A stretch of 63,484 nt of DNA, counting the filler, from Craspedostauros australis (lineage: Eukaryota): assembly GCA_030167865.1 (NCBI GenBank). It is 8 parts of 8 records of this genome, joined end to end, with 100 filler letters (N's around TTAATTAATTAA, not from the genome) between each part and the next. Parts side by side here need not be neighbours in the genome. Positions count along the whole stretch, not along the records: positions 20,133 to 38,704 come from JALAGF010001834.1; positions 38,805 to 56,903 come from JALAGF010001836.1; 6 more parts are not named here. The stretch is one strand, 5' to 3'. The translations under genes and the position numbers were made by a program. Numbering within the stretch: the stretch's first letter is position 1; each line of letters begins with the position of its first letter. Shown piece by piece: positions 33,064 to 44,272 of the stretch. Below the pieces are notes generated by a model, which was not told where the DNA came from, ran no database searches, and worked only from the letters and a program-made list of their open reading frames with translations.

Positions 33064-35292
33064 ATGATGCAACGTGCCGTTGCGAGCGGGGCCAGATTGG
33101 CGTCGTTGCGATCTGTGGCGAGCCGATCTTCTGCGTTGCAACGTGGGCAGGCATCCAAAGCTGCTGCCGCCAGATTGTCTGGTGATGCAAGCGATCGATC
33201 ATTGCCACTGATGTCGCAATGGCCGCCGTCCAATCGAGATGGTACCACTCACATGTCGAAAGGTATTCCGAGCGAAGCATCAATCACAGGCCCCACAATG
33301 AACTCCCACCCAACCACGATGTTGCATTCCAATGTTCCAAACAAGGTGCTATCCATCGGTTCGGTTGGCATACCAGTATATCGGCATTGGCAACCGCGTG
33401 ATACGCTCAGTACAATGCCATCCATCCGGCTGTACTCCACCACACCACTGCGTTGCAAAGATGGCAAGTCAAAATCAAACGATGGCGAGACTAGCCAAGT
33501 CAAAACGGCCGACAGTGGCAGCAGCAACAGCAATAGCAACAGTACAAAGAAGGCCGCTACCAACGAACAGTCGGCAAGCAAAGACAACAAGGGAGGAAAC
33601 GGTGACAAAGATGGCAAAGTCGGAAAGCAGGAGAAAGATCAGGACAAGCCACCCGCAGCGTCGCCAAATCGACCGATATCCATTGCATCCTCCCCTTTCT
33701 CACAGCTCTCCGTCGCGGACATCGAGCAACGGCTGGCCAAGCTACAGTCTGTCTCTGCGGAGGAAGCCGAGAAGATGCGGGAAGGCATCACTTCCATGGT
33801 GGACTCCGTCGCGCCCCGATTGCAGCGTGCTGGAATGGAATGGAACACTGGCGACTTGGTCTCCGTCTACGGCATCGTCACCCTGATCTCCATCATCCTG
33901 GCCGCGCCGTTGGTCGTCAATCACATGCGTCGCTCGGACAGCAACTACGAAGATGATCTGGATCCCGAAGATCCCGTCGCCGATTTGGCACGTGTGGTCA
34001 AAGAGGAATTTGCCAAAGCGGGTCGATCGCATTCCATGGCAGATGGAGAAGACGGGGCAAACGGCAGCAGCAGCAGTGCGTCAGGTCTCGATTCCGTCGT
34101 TGCCGACCTTTTGCAAAGCAAGCCTATCCAAGATGCCGTCACCAAGCTGGTGGCGCAAGTGATCGAATCCACAGAATTTAAAACAGCCTGTCAGACGTTG
34201 CTCAAAGAACTGTGGAAGGATTTGGTCGAGGATCCCAAAACGCTGGAACAGATCATTCACCTATTGAACTACGCGATCCAAGACGAACGGATCAAAGCCG
34301 CTGCCGTCCGTTTGGTGATGGATGTGGTTAACGACCCGGACGTGCTGGAAGAACTGAAGGCCCTGTTACAGAAGTTGGGAATGGAACCCGCCGTCATCCA
34401 GGCCACGCAAGATCTCTTGGTGGAGGGCGCACACAATGCACTGAACGATCCCGACATCTTGGACCATTCCATGGAATTCGCGACGGACGTTGTGGGGGAC
34501 GATGTGGTGCAGCGGACGGCCGGAGAGGCGTTGTACAATACGCTGTCGTACGCTGTGCGACCCACCCTGTCGGTAGCGCTGGGTCTGATCGGAGGCGGGC
34601 TGATCCTGACGTCCATCGTTGCATTCCGGTACGCCAACGGCGGCATGGGTGGCAGCACGGTGCTTGATGCGCAGTTGGACCGTGCCGTGTCGACCTCACT
34701 GCAATTCATCGAGGTGTCTGGGTCCATGCTGGAGGGGCTGGGCAAGGTCCTCTTCTTTCCCTTCCATGTCCTGATTCGGTGCAAGGACTTGGTCGTCAAC
34801 GTGGTCCTGCTCCCATTCCAGGTTCTGAACCGTGCAGGACAAGCCACGCAAACGATGTGGACGACGTGCGTGGATGGTGCAGTATGGTTGCTACATCTGC
34901 CTGGGAACGCCACACGATCTGTTCTGGTATCCATCCAACGCGCTGCCGCAGCCACAACTTCAATGACGATGAATTCGCTTCACGCTGTGCTGAGCAACTT
35001 CACGAATTCTCAAGCCTACGAAGCAATCCTACGATCAGCGAACGTCACAACGCAGCTATACAGCACAGTGATGGACCATTCTCATGTCTGGAAGGAGTTC
35101 GTTTCGCAACTGGTGTCGGCTCTGCCGCAAACCTCACGACGGACGTGGCATCAAATTGGATTCGTATGGCACGACGTTCACAGCGAAGTTGCGTTTCGTA
35201 CCGTGTCCAGTTTGATGGTTGTGCGGTTACTGACGGAAGAAGGGGTGGAACGGATACAGCGGTATCTGCATCGATTGGTCCTTCCTCGTTGA
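33064..35292 (+). CDS. Probable mitochondrial membrane protein with a helical-repeat core, unknown function
   Basis: Long intronless ORF with an Arg/Ser/Ala-rich presequence (..IRLYSTT), TM segments (IVTLISIILAAPLVV; VALGLIGGGLILTSIVAF) and amphipathic DP-punctuated helices. Confidence 0.65.
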   Translation: MMQRAVASGARLASLRSVASRSSALQRGQASKAAAARLSGDASDRSLPLMSQWPPSNRDGTTHMSKGIPSEASITGPTMNSHPTTMLHSNVPNKVLSIGSVGIPVYRHWQPRDTLSTMPSIRLYSTTPLRCKDGKSKSNDGETSQVKTADSGSSNSNSNSTKKAATNEQSASKDNKGGNGDKDGKVGKQEKDQDKPPAASPNRPISIASSPFSQLSVADIEQRLAKLQSVSAEEAEKMREGITSMVDSVAPRLQRAGMEWNTGDLVSVYGIVTLISIILAAPLVVNHMRRSDSNYEDDLDPEDPVADLARVVKEEFAKAGRSHSMADGEDGANGSSSSASGLDSVVADLLQSKPIQDAVTKLVAQVIESTEFKTACQTLLKELWKDLVEDPKTLEQIIHLLNYAIQDERIKAAAVRLVMDVVNDPDVLEELKALLQKLGMEPAVIQATQDLLVEGAHNALNDPDILDHSMEFATDVVGDDVVQRTAGEALYNTLSYAVRPTLSVALGLIGGGLILTSIVAFRYANGGMGGSTVLDAQLDRAVSTSLQFIEVSGSMLEGLGKVLFFPFHVLIRCKDLVVNVVLLPFQVLNRAGQATQTMWTTCVDGAVWLLHLPGNATRSVLVSIQRAAAATTSMTMNSLHAVLSNFTNSQAYEAILRSANVTTQLYSTVMDHSHVWKEFVSQLVSALPQTSRRTWHQIGFVWHDVHSEVAFRTVSSLMVVRLLTEEGVERIQRYLHRLVLPR

Positions 35293-35566
35293 ATGTAAGT
35301 CTCTATAGAGTATCCTGGAGCAGTATTTTCCATTCGACGCTCCAGGGTATGGGGAGTACTTTCTCGCAGACCGTTCTAGCAACGGCGAGAAGCTCCTTCA
35401 CGCTACGCTACTATTATAGTACTTACTCCAAACAAGCACACCGTATGAGCGAAGACTGGTTGAGAGTGTGCACACAGCCAGATGTCTCTTCAATGAGCGC
35501 AGACATTCATCTACTCTCTCGGGTTCGACATGAGCGAGGCTCTCTGTCTCCCGATACTCTGTCTCC

Positions 35567-35569
<3 letters not shown>

Positions 35570-35604
<35 letters not shown>
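35570..35604 (+). repeat. (TGTC)n microsatellite
   Basis: Directly visible. Confidence 0.85.
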
Positions 35605-35606
<2 letters not shown>

Positions 35607-37101
35607 CGATAAGTAGCGAGAGAGAGAGAGTGCTCCTATTGTCCAAAAGCATCGGTCGAGCTATCATTTCTACCATCTCCAGATGCTGCACTCCCCTTTC
35701 CCACAGTCTCAAGGACCACAGACTACGAAGAGCAACAGCACCGGAGACAGCGGCGGCGGCGGCTCTCAGAAAGATCGCTGCATGCACTTCCTGCTCGCAT
35801 GCCACGCGCTTTACTCCGTGGCAACCGAATGGACACGATTGGTGCTCTGAGTCGGCGCTATCATGAGCGATGGTAAATGATGCAAAGTGAGAATGTAGCA
35901 ATCCTCGTGGTGACGAATAGAGCAGACTGCACAGTTCTGTGCGATTGGAACAACTGCTTCGAGTAGCTCACACGGTTTCAAGAGGAACGAACTGGAGACA
36001 CAGTATGGTTGGTGCTTCAATCAGTCACGCCTCCGGGGCGACATTTGTGAACAGGCCATTTTCTCTTCCACAGACATGGTTGTTCCTCATGCTTCTTACC
36101 TTGGTTGTCACTCTTCCGTGATGTTCTCAATCACATACCGTTTGGTGCAGCCGGAACCGGACAATCCATCCTCCTGAAGTGAACCAGTCGCACCCTCCAT
36201 GCCAAATTCGCAATCACGCATCACACTCTTGTTCACCCCACCAATCCGGCATAGTCGTACGGCACAGAGGGACGTCAACCAATCTACTCACACATAGAAG
36301 GTCATACCAACTCGAAGGCCTGACCTTGCGTTGGATCCAACAGGTTAGATCTCTCTATTGCAATCAACACAAACCAAGCGTGGACGTCACGGATGCAAAA
36401 ATGTCATTGAACTCGAACATCACGCTGCCGAAACCAACGCTTGACACCGATTCACACAGAACAGCGTGAAACAAATGAGCGAGCAGGATGACTCCCGCAA
36501 ATCAGACATCATCTGGCCCTGCAGACATGCTCCTCGCGACTCTCCCTGAGACAGAGAGAGAAAATGCATGGGTGTGCTAGTGATGTATTATTGTGTACTA
36601 TTATCACACATCGCGGTACTATGCCACACAGAGAAAGAAAGAACAGGGAGTTGGGATGCACCCGAGGAGCCCAACACTCATCGATTTCACTTGCCTGCAT
36701 GACACCAAATTGCTCAGAAGGTTGGTGTCAAATGTCATGTGTATGAGTACGAGTAATCGTGTATTCTACGATGTGATGTAATGTGATGATTGATGCACAG
36801 AGATGCTCACACAGCCACCACCTCCACCACTGCGACTACGAATGCGCGCGCGAGTGTTCCACCAGAAATGCTCGTACGTGCGCGTATTTCCACCATATCA
36901 AGAGCACGTCACGAAAGCTGGTCGGAGGAGAAGGCAAGATGCGTTGAAGATGTTGTCATAAAATCGAAACAGCAGCAGCTTACCCTCGCATTCACCAACA
37001 AAGCCATCTTGCTCTCAGCACACTGGCACACGTACCAACGACCGCCTCTCTCAATACTCAACAACAACACCGTCCTCTTCTTCATCTCCATCTTCAACAC
37101 C

Positions 37102-38704
37102 ATGGCAGAACAAATGAACCATCATCATCATCATCACACCGACAACAGCAACGGAAACGCTAACAATGGCAACATCGGCAACGGCAACGTCGATGAGTTG
37201 GATCACATGCCACCTGCCGGATGCGGCATCATGGGTCGGTACCCCGTTCTCTCCGTCCTCCTTTTTGCCAGCATGGGCATTGGCGTAGGTGTCGGACTGA
37301 GCCAGTGGGAACCCGATGATCCCGATGACAAGGACATCACCCTCAAGTGGCTTGGCCTCATCGGTGACATGTTCATCCGCGCCCTCAAGGCCATCGTCTT
37401 GCCGCTGGTGTTCGTCAACGTCGTCATCTCCGTCGTTGACATGATGGGCCTCGGCCGCGCAAGCTCCATCGGATGGACGACGATCGGCCTGTACCTCCTT
37501 ACCACCGTCATTGCCTCCATCATCGGCATCATCTCCATCGTGTCCTTCAAGGGTCTCTTCAACGAAGACATCTTCGAGGATGACGAGGATGCGCTCATGT
37601 CCTTTGGATGCAACACGGAAGGATTCTTCATCACGGAGCAGGACGACGGATCTCTCATGTGTACGGAGGGATCTGGCGACGCCATCGACTTCCTTGTTGA
37701 TGACATCTCTGGCACCTTCGTGAAGAAGAGCAGCGGCACGCGCGACGATCTCAGCCTGTCGGACACCATCTACGACGGCATCTTCACCAAGCTCATCACT
37801 TCGAACATCTTCACTTCCTTCAACTCGGCAAACTTCGCTGCCGTTGTCATCTTCGCCATCGCCTTTGGTTCTGCGCTGGGGCGAGTCCTCCACGAACGTG
37901 TGAATGGAGACGCAGCTCGCAGCAGCGTGATCCTCTTCTTCAAGGAGCTGGATGCCGTGTTCCTGAAGCTCATCAACTGGGTCATCATGCTGACACCATT
38001 CGCCGTCTTCTCGCTCATCGTGCGCGCTATCGGGAGGCAGGACAACCTCAGGGAGGCCTTCGAGAACGTCGGCTACCTCGTGGTCGCCACCATGATCGCA
38101 ATGCTCTTCCATTTCTGCATCGTCCATGTCGGTCTCCTTGCCCTCATCCGCAAGAAGAATCCATTCTCCTACCTCCGCAAGCTTGTCCCTGCCCAGACCA
38201 TGGCCTTCGCATGCGCAAGCTCCGCCGCCACCATCCCCATGACGCTCCGCAGCGTGCAAAGCACAGGAGAAGTGCCCGATTCCATCGGCCGCTTTGTGAT
38301 CCCACTGGGTGCCACCATCAACATGGATGGAGGTGCCATCTATTTCCCGTGCGCATGCATCTGGCTGGCGGTTCTTAACGGAGTCGACATCGACGCGTCG
38401 GCCTACTTCCTGCTCATCGTCATCGCCACTGTCGGTTCCGCCGGAACAGCACCGGTGCCATCCGCATCGTTGGTTCTCATCATCACTGCCTACAACACCG
38501 TGTTCAACGCATCCGGCACCCCGGACGGTTTCGAGTACATCCTGGCCATCGACTGGTTCATGGATCGCCTCCGCACCACTTTGAATGTGACCGGCGACGG
38601 CGTTGTCGCCGGGTTGGTGACTGCGTTGGCACCCGCCGATGTCATCGAGCAGATGGACAAGGCTGCGGCCAGCGGCGATGGAATGACCTCCAACAAGTCC
38701 ATCG
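37102..38704 (+). CDS. SLC1/DAACS dicarboxylate-amino acid:cation symporter (3' end cut by spacer)
   Basis: GDMFIRALKAIVLPLV, AFACASSAATIP (HP1), PLGATINMDG (TM7), GTAPVP (HP2), DWFMDRLRTTLNVTGD (TM8). Confidence 0.93.
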
Positions 38705-38804
38705 NNNNNNNNNNNNNNNNNNNNNNNNNNNNNNNNNNNNNNNNNNNNTTAATTAATTAANNNNNNNNNNNNNNNNNNNNNNNNNNNNNNNNNNNNNNNN
38801 NNNN
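38705..38804. other. Artificial contig-joining spacer
   Basis: 44N-TTAATTAATTAA-44N. Confidence 0.98.
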
Positions 38805-39142
38805 TATTCGACATCGTAATCGCTCTCTATCGCTCCATGCACCTCTCATTCCGAATGCTAGTTTCATCATCACTAGCATCTCAAAAAAATATCATCATCA
38901 TGACAAGGACGACTCAACATTGCTGCAAATGAAGAGAAATGATTGGCCACTGGTTTCGTTCCAACACGTGGAAGGTTGGCTTGCCGGGACTGCAATGTGA
39001 AACTCAATTGTGTTTTTGGCTCCTAAAACGCAATCGAGTTTCACTTTCCGAGGGGGAAGTTCGCATGTTGCCCCTCTAAAAATGTCATTATCAGGTTATT
39101 TTGTACCGTGGGACTCCCAATGTGAAATGCGATAGGCCTCTA
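38805..39142 (-). mobile_element. 338-bp repeat identical to 57004-57341; probable end of a young hAT-like transposon (terminus 5'-TAGAGGCCTATCGC on the minus strand)
   Basis: Same sequence at two contig starts, with identity ending sharply after ...GATAGGCCTCTA. Internal hairpins are present. Confidence 0.75.
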
Positions 39143-40758
39143 TTGAGAGAGTGTGCGAGTTAGAACGCCACAAGAACCAGCACGGGTACAAACTAATCCA
39201 CATCCGGCTTCCGCTTCATGGACTGGTGTGTCATTGTTTGTGTTGCAGAGAGCAATGGCATCCATCAACCAGCCAGCATGCAACATTCGATGCGGTTGTG
39301 ATTGCGATTGGCACAATGCTGTCACCTCGATCAGCCTGGCACCCACATTTCCCTGCACGAATGCACGACAACAAGTCCACATGTACAGACATGCATGAAG
39401 GAACGCAGCGTGATCCAAAAGGATGCCGATCGAACAAACCCATCGGCGTTATCACCGGCACTCACATTCACGAGGATCACCCTGGAGGAAACAGCCAACC
39501 CCTGATAGTCGTACACTACCCAAGCCCACATCCCAAACAGAAAACGAGTGTTCATGTCGTGATGAAAACGCATGCGGAACAAGGGCAAGGATGATGGGGG
39601 CGGAGATGCAAACAGAGACCGTACCATGCTCCAGATCATCTGCCCAGGATTCACACATGTTGTGACTTCTCCACACCATTTCCTTCGACCTCTCCAGAGT
39701 TTAGCGATATGCTTGCTGTTCCTGCGGAGCTTAGTGGTTGTCATCACAGCTATCGTGTTTTCTGTTATCTTGGTGCAGCTGCCTTGACATCTGAGGCATC
39801 GCTTTCCTTGCTTCCGTTCCCAAAAACAAGGCATCTCCGCAACTACAAACCCGTTTTAGTTAGGGATGGAGCAATCTACGAGTACATGCGCTTGCAACTG
39901 CAACATGTATCAAGTTCGCTTCTCCATCGTTTACAAAGAGGCAACTACGCCCTCTGGAGGGCCAGTGCGGGGTCGATTGGTGGGAACAAGAAACCGCGAA
40001 ACCGAGGGCGATTCCAGAAAGCAGCGACCTGTGATTTTACGTTTCTCCACCTCCATTTTGTGAAGGCGGCAAGCGACAACCTTCCGAACCGGCCAGTCAC
40101 GGTCCACCTGTCAGTCCGGAACGGATGTGACGAAGGGGCTATTGTGTGAAAATGGCTTGTGCGGGAGTCCGGAAGAATCAATTTATCGTCCTTTCCTATT
40201 CCTCCGGGAGAAACGGAATAGTTCCGGTTCTTCGACTGCTTGGAGCAGTATATTGGAGTCTTGCGAAATTGATGATTCACGAATTGAATGACAATCTGAG
40301 CAATCTACAGGCATGGAAGCGTAGAGAGAGAGAGACAGATGGGTCGTAATAGGAAACAGCTGATGCGAGGATACGTAGAGAGGATGGAGCATCGCTAATC
40401 ACACAGCTTCTCTAAAGTTGCTTCATCCGAAATTGGCGTGTCAAATCTTATGCAATACTCCCCAGATGTTCCGATTGGATGAAGTCGCTCGCCATTGTCG
40501 TCGCTGCCTTCGTCGCTAAATTCTGGCGCATGGAACACCACAACCACTCTTTCCCCCAACCATGCAGGCCTTTTTCGATGGAATCACTGCCAGGCACTCG
40601 CCCCTTGTCCTCTCTCTAGATGCAACCATCTCTTCCCAAGCTTCCCCATATTCCCCTTTCCTTTCCCCTCACAATGATAATATGTGGATCGTCTTGGTGT
40701 TGGCATTTGTGTTGGTTTTCTTCACTGGAGTAGTCCTCCAGTAACTTGCACATACCGC

Positions 40759-42356
40759 TCACGATTGACCATCCGACGGCGGCACACGTTTGCGAGGAGG
40801 CAGCTCGATGCCCTTCAGCATGGCGGAAAGGCAAAGGATGATCTCGGTCGTATCCGCTCTGTACTTTGGATCCACTTCCAGCATGCGCCTCAGCAGGTCG
40901 TCAAAATCGTCGCCGTATTCATGATCCATCGGTATCTTGAACTTCGCATTGAGGATGCGTTGGTTCAGGACGTCCGGATCGAGGTCGCGTTTGAAGCGGT
41001 CCTTGAAGAATGCCATGGCGTACAGCGAGCACCCCAATGCCCAGACGTCCGTGCTGTGATGGCGTCGAGTGAAATCAAATATGGGATAACAGACGAGAGT
41101 AGAATTGGTGTGGTGCAGCAATGGAGATCCAACCAAGATGGGAATTGAGCAGAAGGAACGGAAGAATACGCAGCACAATGCAGGACGACACAATGCAGTG
41201 CAGTACAGCACAACACAAGTCAACTTACGCCGTCGTCAACTTCTTCGTCATGGTCAGATTGATCATCTCGGGCGCCCGGTAGTTCGGCACCGTCGTCTTG
41301 TCGATGACATCCCTGGCCTTGTCGCGTTCCGCCTTCGTCACGAGTTCCACGCGTCCAGAACAGATCGAATCAAAGTCGCAGAGCTTGATGATACCCTTCT
41401 TCATGACGAAGTTGGTGGGATGGATGCTGCGATGCACGATGCGTATTTCCTGCGCATGCAAGAAGGCGACGGCATTGCAGATGGACCCGAACATGGCCAG
41501 CAGCGTGTGACGATCGAATCGCTTGCCCGTGTACATGAGCAGATCGCAGGCATCTTGCACGCTGCCGCCGTCGCAGTATTCCATGAGCAGGACGTGCTGC
41601 GGCGGATTGGGTTTGTCGGGCGGTGTTTCATTCTTGTTGGTGGTGGTGGTGGTGGTGCTGGATCGTCGTCGTATTTTGGATCCGGCCTTTGCTTTGCTGA
41701 CTTTGTCGCTGCCGATGGCTGCGGTGCTGGCCCGGCGATGCGGAGATGACAGGTGCACGGAGGACGATAGAACATGATCCGTGTCGCTGCCATCGAAGGA
41801 GATGAAATCCTCCGCGTAGGCTCGAACGATGGTGGGATGCGTCGCGGCGAGCATCATGGCTGCCTCCTGCTCTGCTCGTTTGCGAATGTCCTTGGAGACC
41901 ATGGGCGTGACTTTGAGCGCGTATAGCTTGCCATTCGATGATGTCGGTGATCCGTTCTCGACGTACTCCTTGACTTGGTACACGTAGGAAAACTCGCCTG
42001 AGATTGGATCATGAATGAAGTCAGGAAACAGTAGATCGTACTCTGAGGGTAAGCGCGGTATTCGGACGTAGAATAGTATTGGTAGTATTGGTAGTATTGC
42101 AACAATTGAGTCCGTCGCAGTCATCTCCATGGCCATTGCGCCAACTCACCAGATATTCTGAAATAGAGTCTGGAGTAGACTCTCGAATAGAGTCCAACCA
42201 GAAGCACTCACTCACGCACTCACGCACTCACTCACCTTTCTGGAGGAAAGACAAGATCTCGAACTCGCGCTCGTCCAACCGGAACCTCCTGCCCACGATC
42301 TCCCTTCCCAACCTTTCATCATAGTCCACATCTTTGTTGCGTTGAGATGATGGCAT
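40759..42356 (-). CDS. NAK-family-like Ser/Thr kinase with degenerate catalytic motifs (predicted pseudokinase); exons 42236-42356, 41229-41997, 40759-41053; 394 aa
   Basis: The GT-AG phases join in frame. Motifs: LQKG|EFSYVY, YALKV, LLMEYCDGG, VHRSIHPTN, KLCDFDS, TTVPNYRAPEMINL, TA|TDVWALGCSLYAMAF. Confidence 0.85.
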
Positions 42357-43303
42357 GTTGGCCTTGGCGTTTTCCGCAATTGAAGTAAGGACAGCAGAGT
42401 ATCTTCAGACGTCGATTCCGAATGGAGCAGAGTATGATCGGATGCGATGGGATGGGACACCTCAATCCAGTCTCAACCCAGAGACCGTTCCTCCAACTGC
42501 GATACAACCGCGTTTTCACTGAACTGCACAACCTTGTGACTCGGACTCTCGATTCTCCGCGTCTCTCTTGGATCGTGTCCCTCCTCTCTTCCCCCTCGGA
42601 TGTCGATGTTGTTGTTGTTGTCGTTGTCGTCGTTGTTGCTCCTGATGTTCCCTCGTTGCTGCCGATCGATGACCCATTGCATGTTGTTGTGATCGATGTC
42701 AAATGAGACAAGTCTGGATGAGAGGCTCTTGCTTTCGCACCCGAATGCCAGATGATGCGCAATTGAATGCCGGTAGAATGAAGACGAACGAGGAGCGGAG
42801 AATGAACACAAAGAGAAAGAAAGGAGGGCGTGATCCAACTTGCGTGGTCGCGAGTACTCAAACTACGTGCGCTTTCTCCCACCATGATGCGAATAGCGCG
42901 CCAACTCATGATTGCCTTTTCGCCTGTCTCTCGCGGTGGCAAGAATGTTCTCGCGAAAGGGTTCTTGTCGCTCCTTCTTCTCGCAAAGAATGACTCGTTC
43001 GAGCAACTCACATCAAATCAGATCGATGTAGTCATAGATGATGACGTATGCAAAACAACCGTGCCGAAATCTATGGATCGGCATCAGCCAGGAACGAACG
43101 CGCCAACCCTCCAACAACATCAACTTCAGCATCGTGAGGACTGCCACCGAGATGACGTACTACTATGTTGCTGTCACCTGCAGAGTGGAAAGAGTGAAAG
43201 AACCACAATCCAGATACCTCCACAATCCAGACATCTCTGCCATACTGGTGTTATATTATAGAATACGATCGATTATACACACACCACACAATACCATCGC
43301 ACA

Positions 43304-44272
43304 ATGAAGATGCTCCAGCCCCAGCAACGGCGATCGAGGGCGAAACATGATCCGCCAGGCCACGATTTGGAAACGCGACCAATTCACCCATTGGACACTA
43401 TGCGTACGATCAGCCCTTACAATTACAACAGCAACAACAAGAACAGCAACAACAGCAACATCAAGCATGATCTTTCGCAGCTTCATTGTCCACAGAAGAC
43501 GTGGGCCGCCAAGTTGGGACAGCTGGCTGCGGCTGCCACCATCCTGACGGCATCCTGGACCACGCTGCCGACATCCGCACCGGCCATGGCGCCCTCAATC
43601 GCGTCTTCCACCATCGCAGTCTCAACCACAGCCACCGCAAACCCACCCGCCCCGGTCTTCCAAAAGAAGCCGGACCTCTACGTGATGGCCATGACGTACC
43701 AGCCCGAATTCTGCTTCCTGCATCCCGATTACAAGGGATGCCAGCTGCCGCCCAACGAGTACTGGAAGAACCACCTCACGATCCACGGTCTGTGGCCCGA
43801 GTACAGCGACGGCTCCTACCCCGCCACGTGCAGCGCCGAAAAGCTGGACGACACCACGATCCAACCCCTGCAGGCCCAGCTCGACCTCTTCTGGCCCAAC
43901 CAGAAGGAGCCCAACACGTCCAATCCCAAACACACGGCCTTCTGGCGCTACGAATGGAACAAGCACGGCACATGCAGCGGATTGTCGCAGAAGGACTACC
44001 TCGAAAGCGCGCTGCTGTCGCAAACGCCGATCGTGCTGGATTACGGCAAGCGCGTCACGAAGCAGCAGCTGCAGGCCAACGGCGGGGCCGTGCCCATCTG
44101 CGTCGGTGGGCGGTATTTGGAGGAGGTGCGCACGTGTCTCGGCGTCGGACCCGATGGGAAGCCCAGCAGTCGCGTGCCGTGTCCTGCCAAGGTCTTGCAG
44201 AGTGGTAATTGCGGCGATGAGATTATTCTCAGCAAGTTTCCGGCGCCGCAGGCTGGTGGGAGTCCCAAGTGA
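43304..44272 (+). CDS. Ribonuclease T2 family protein
   Basis: CAS I TIHGLWPE, CAS II FWRYEWNKHGTCS, plus YQPEFC and LEEVRTC. The start codon is uncertain. Confidence 0.92.
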   Translation: MKMLQPQQRRSRAKHDPPGHDLETRPIHPLDTMRTISPYNYNSNNKNSNNSNIKHDLSQLHCPQKTWAAKLGQLAAAATILTASWTTLPTSAPAMAPSIASSTIAVSTTATANPPAPVFQKKPDLYVMAMTYQPEFCFLHPDYKGCQLPPNEYWKNHLTIHGLWPEYSDGSYPATCSAEKLDDTTIQPLQAQLDLFWPNQKEPNTSNPKHTAFWRYEWNKHGTCSGLSQKDYLESALLSQTPIVLDYGKRVTKQQLQANGGAVPICVGGRYLEEVRTCLGVGPDGKPSSRVPCPAKVLQSGNCGDEIILSKFPAPQAGGSPK

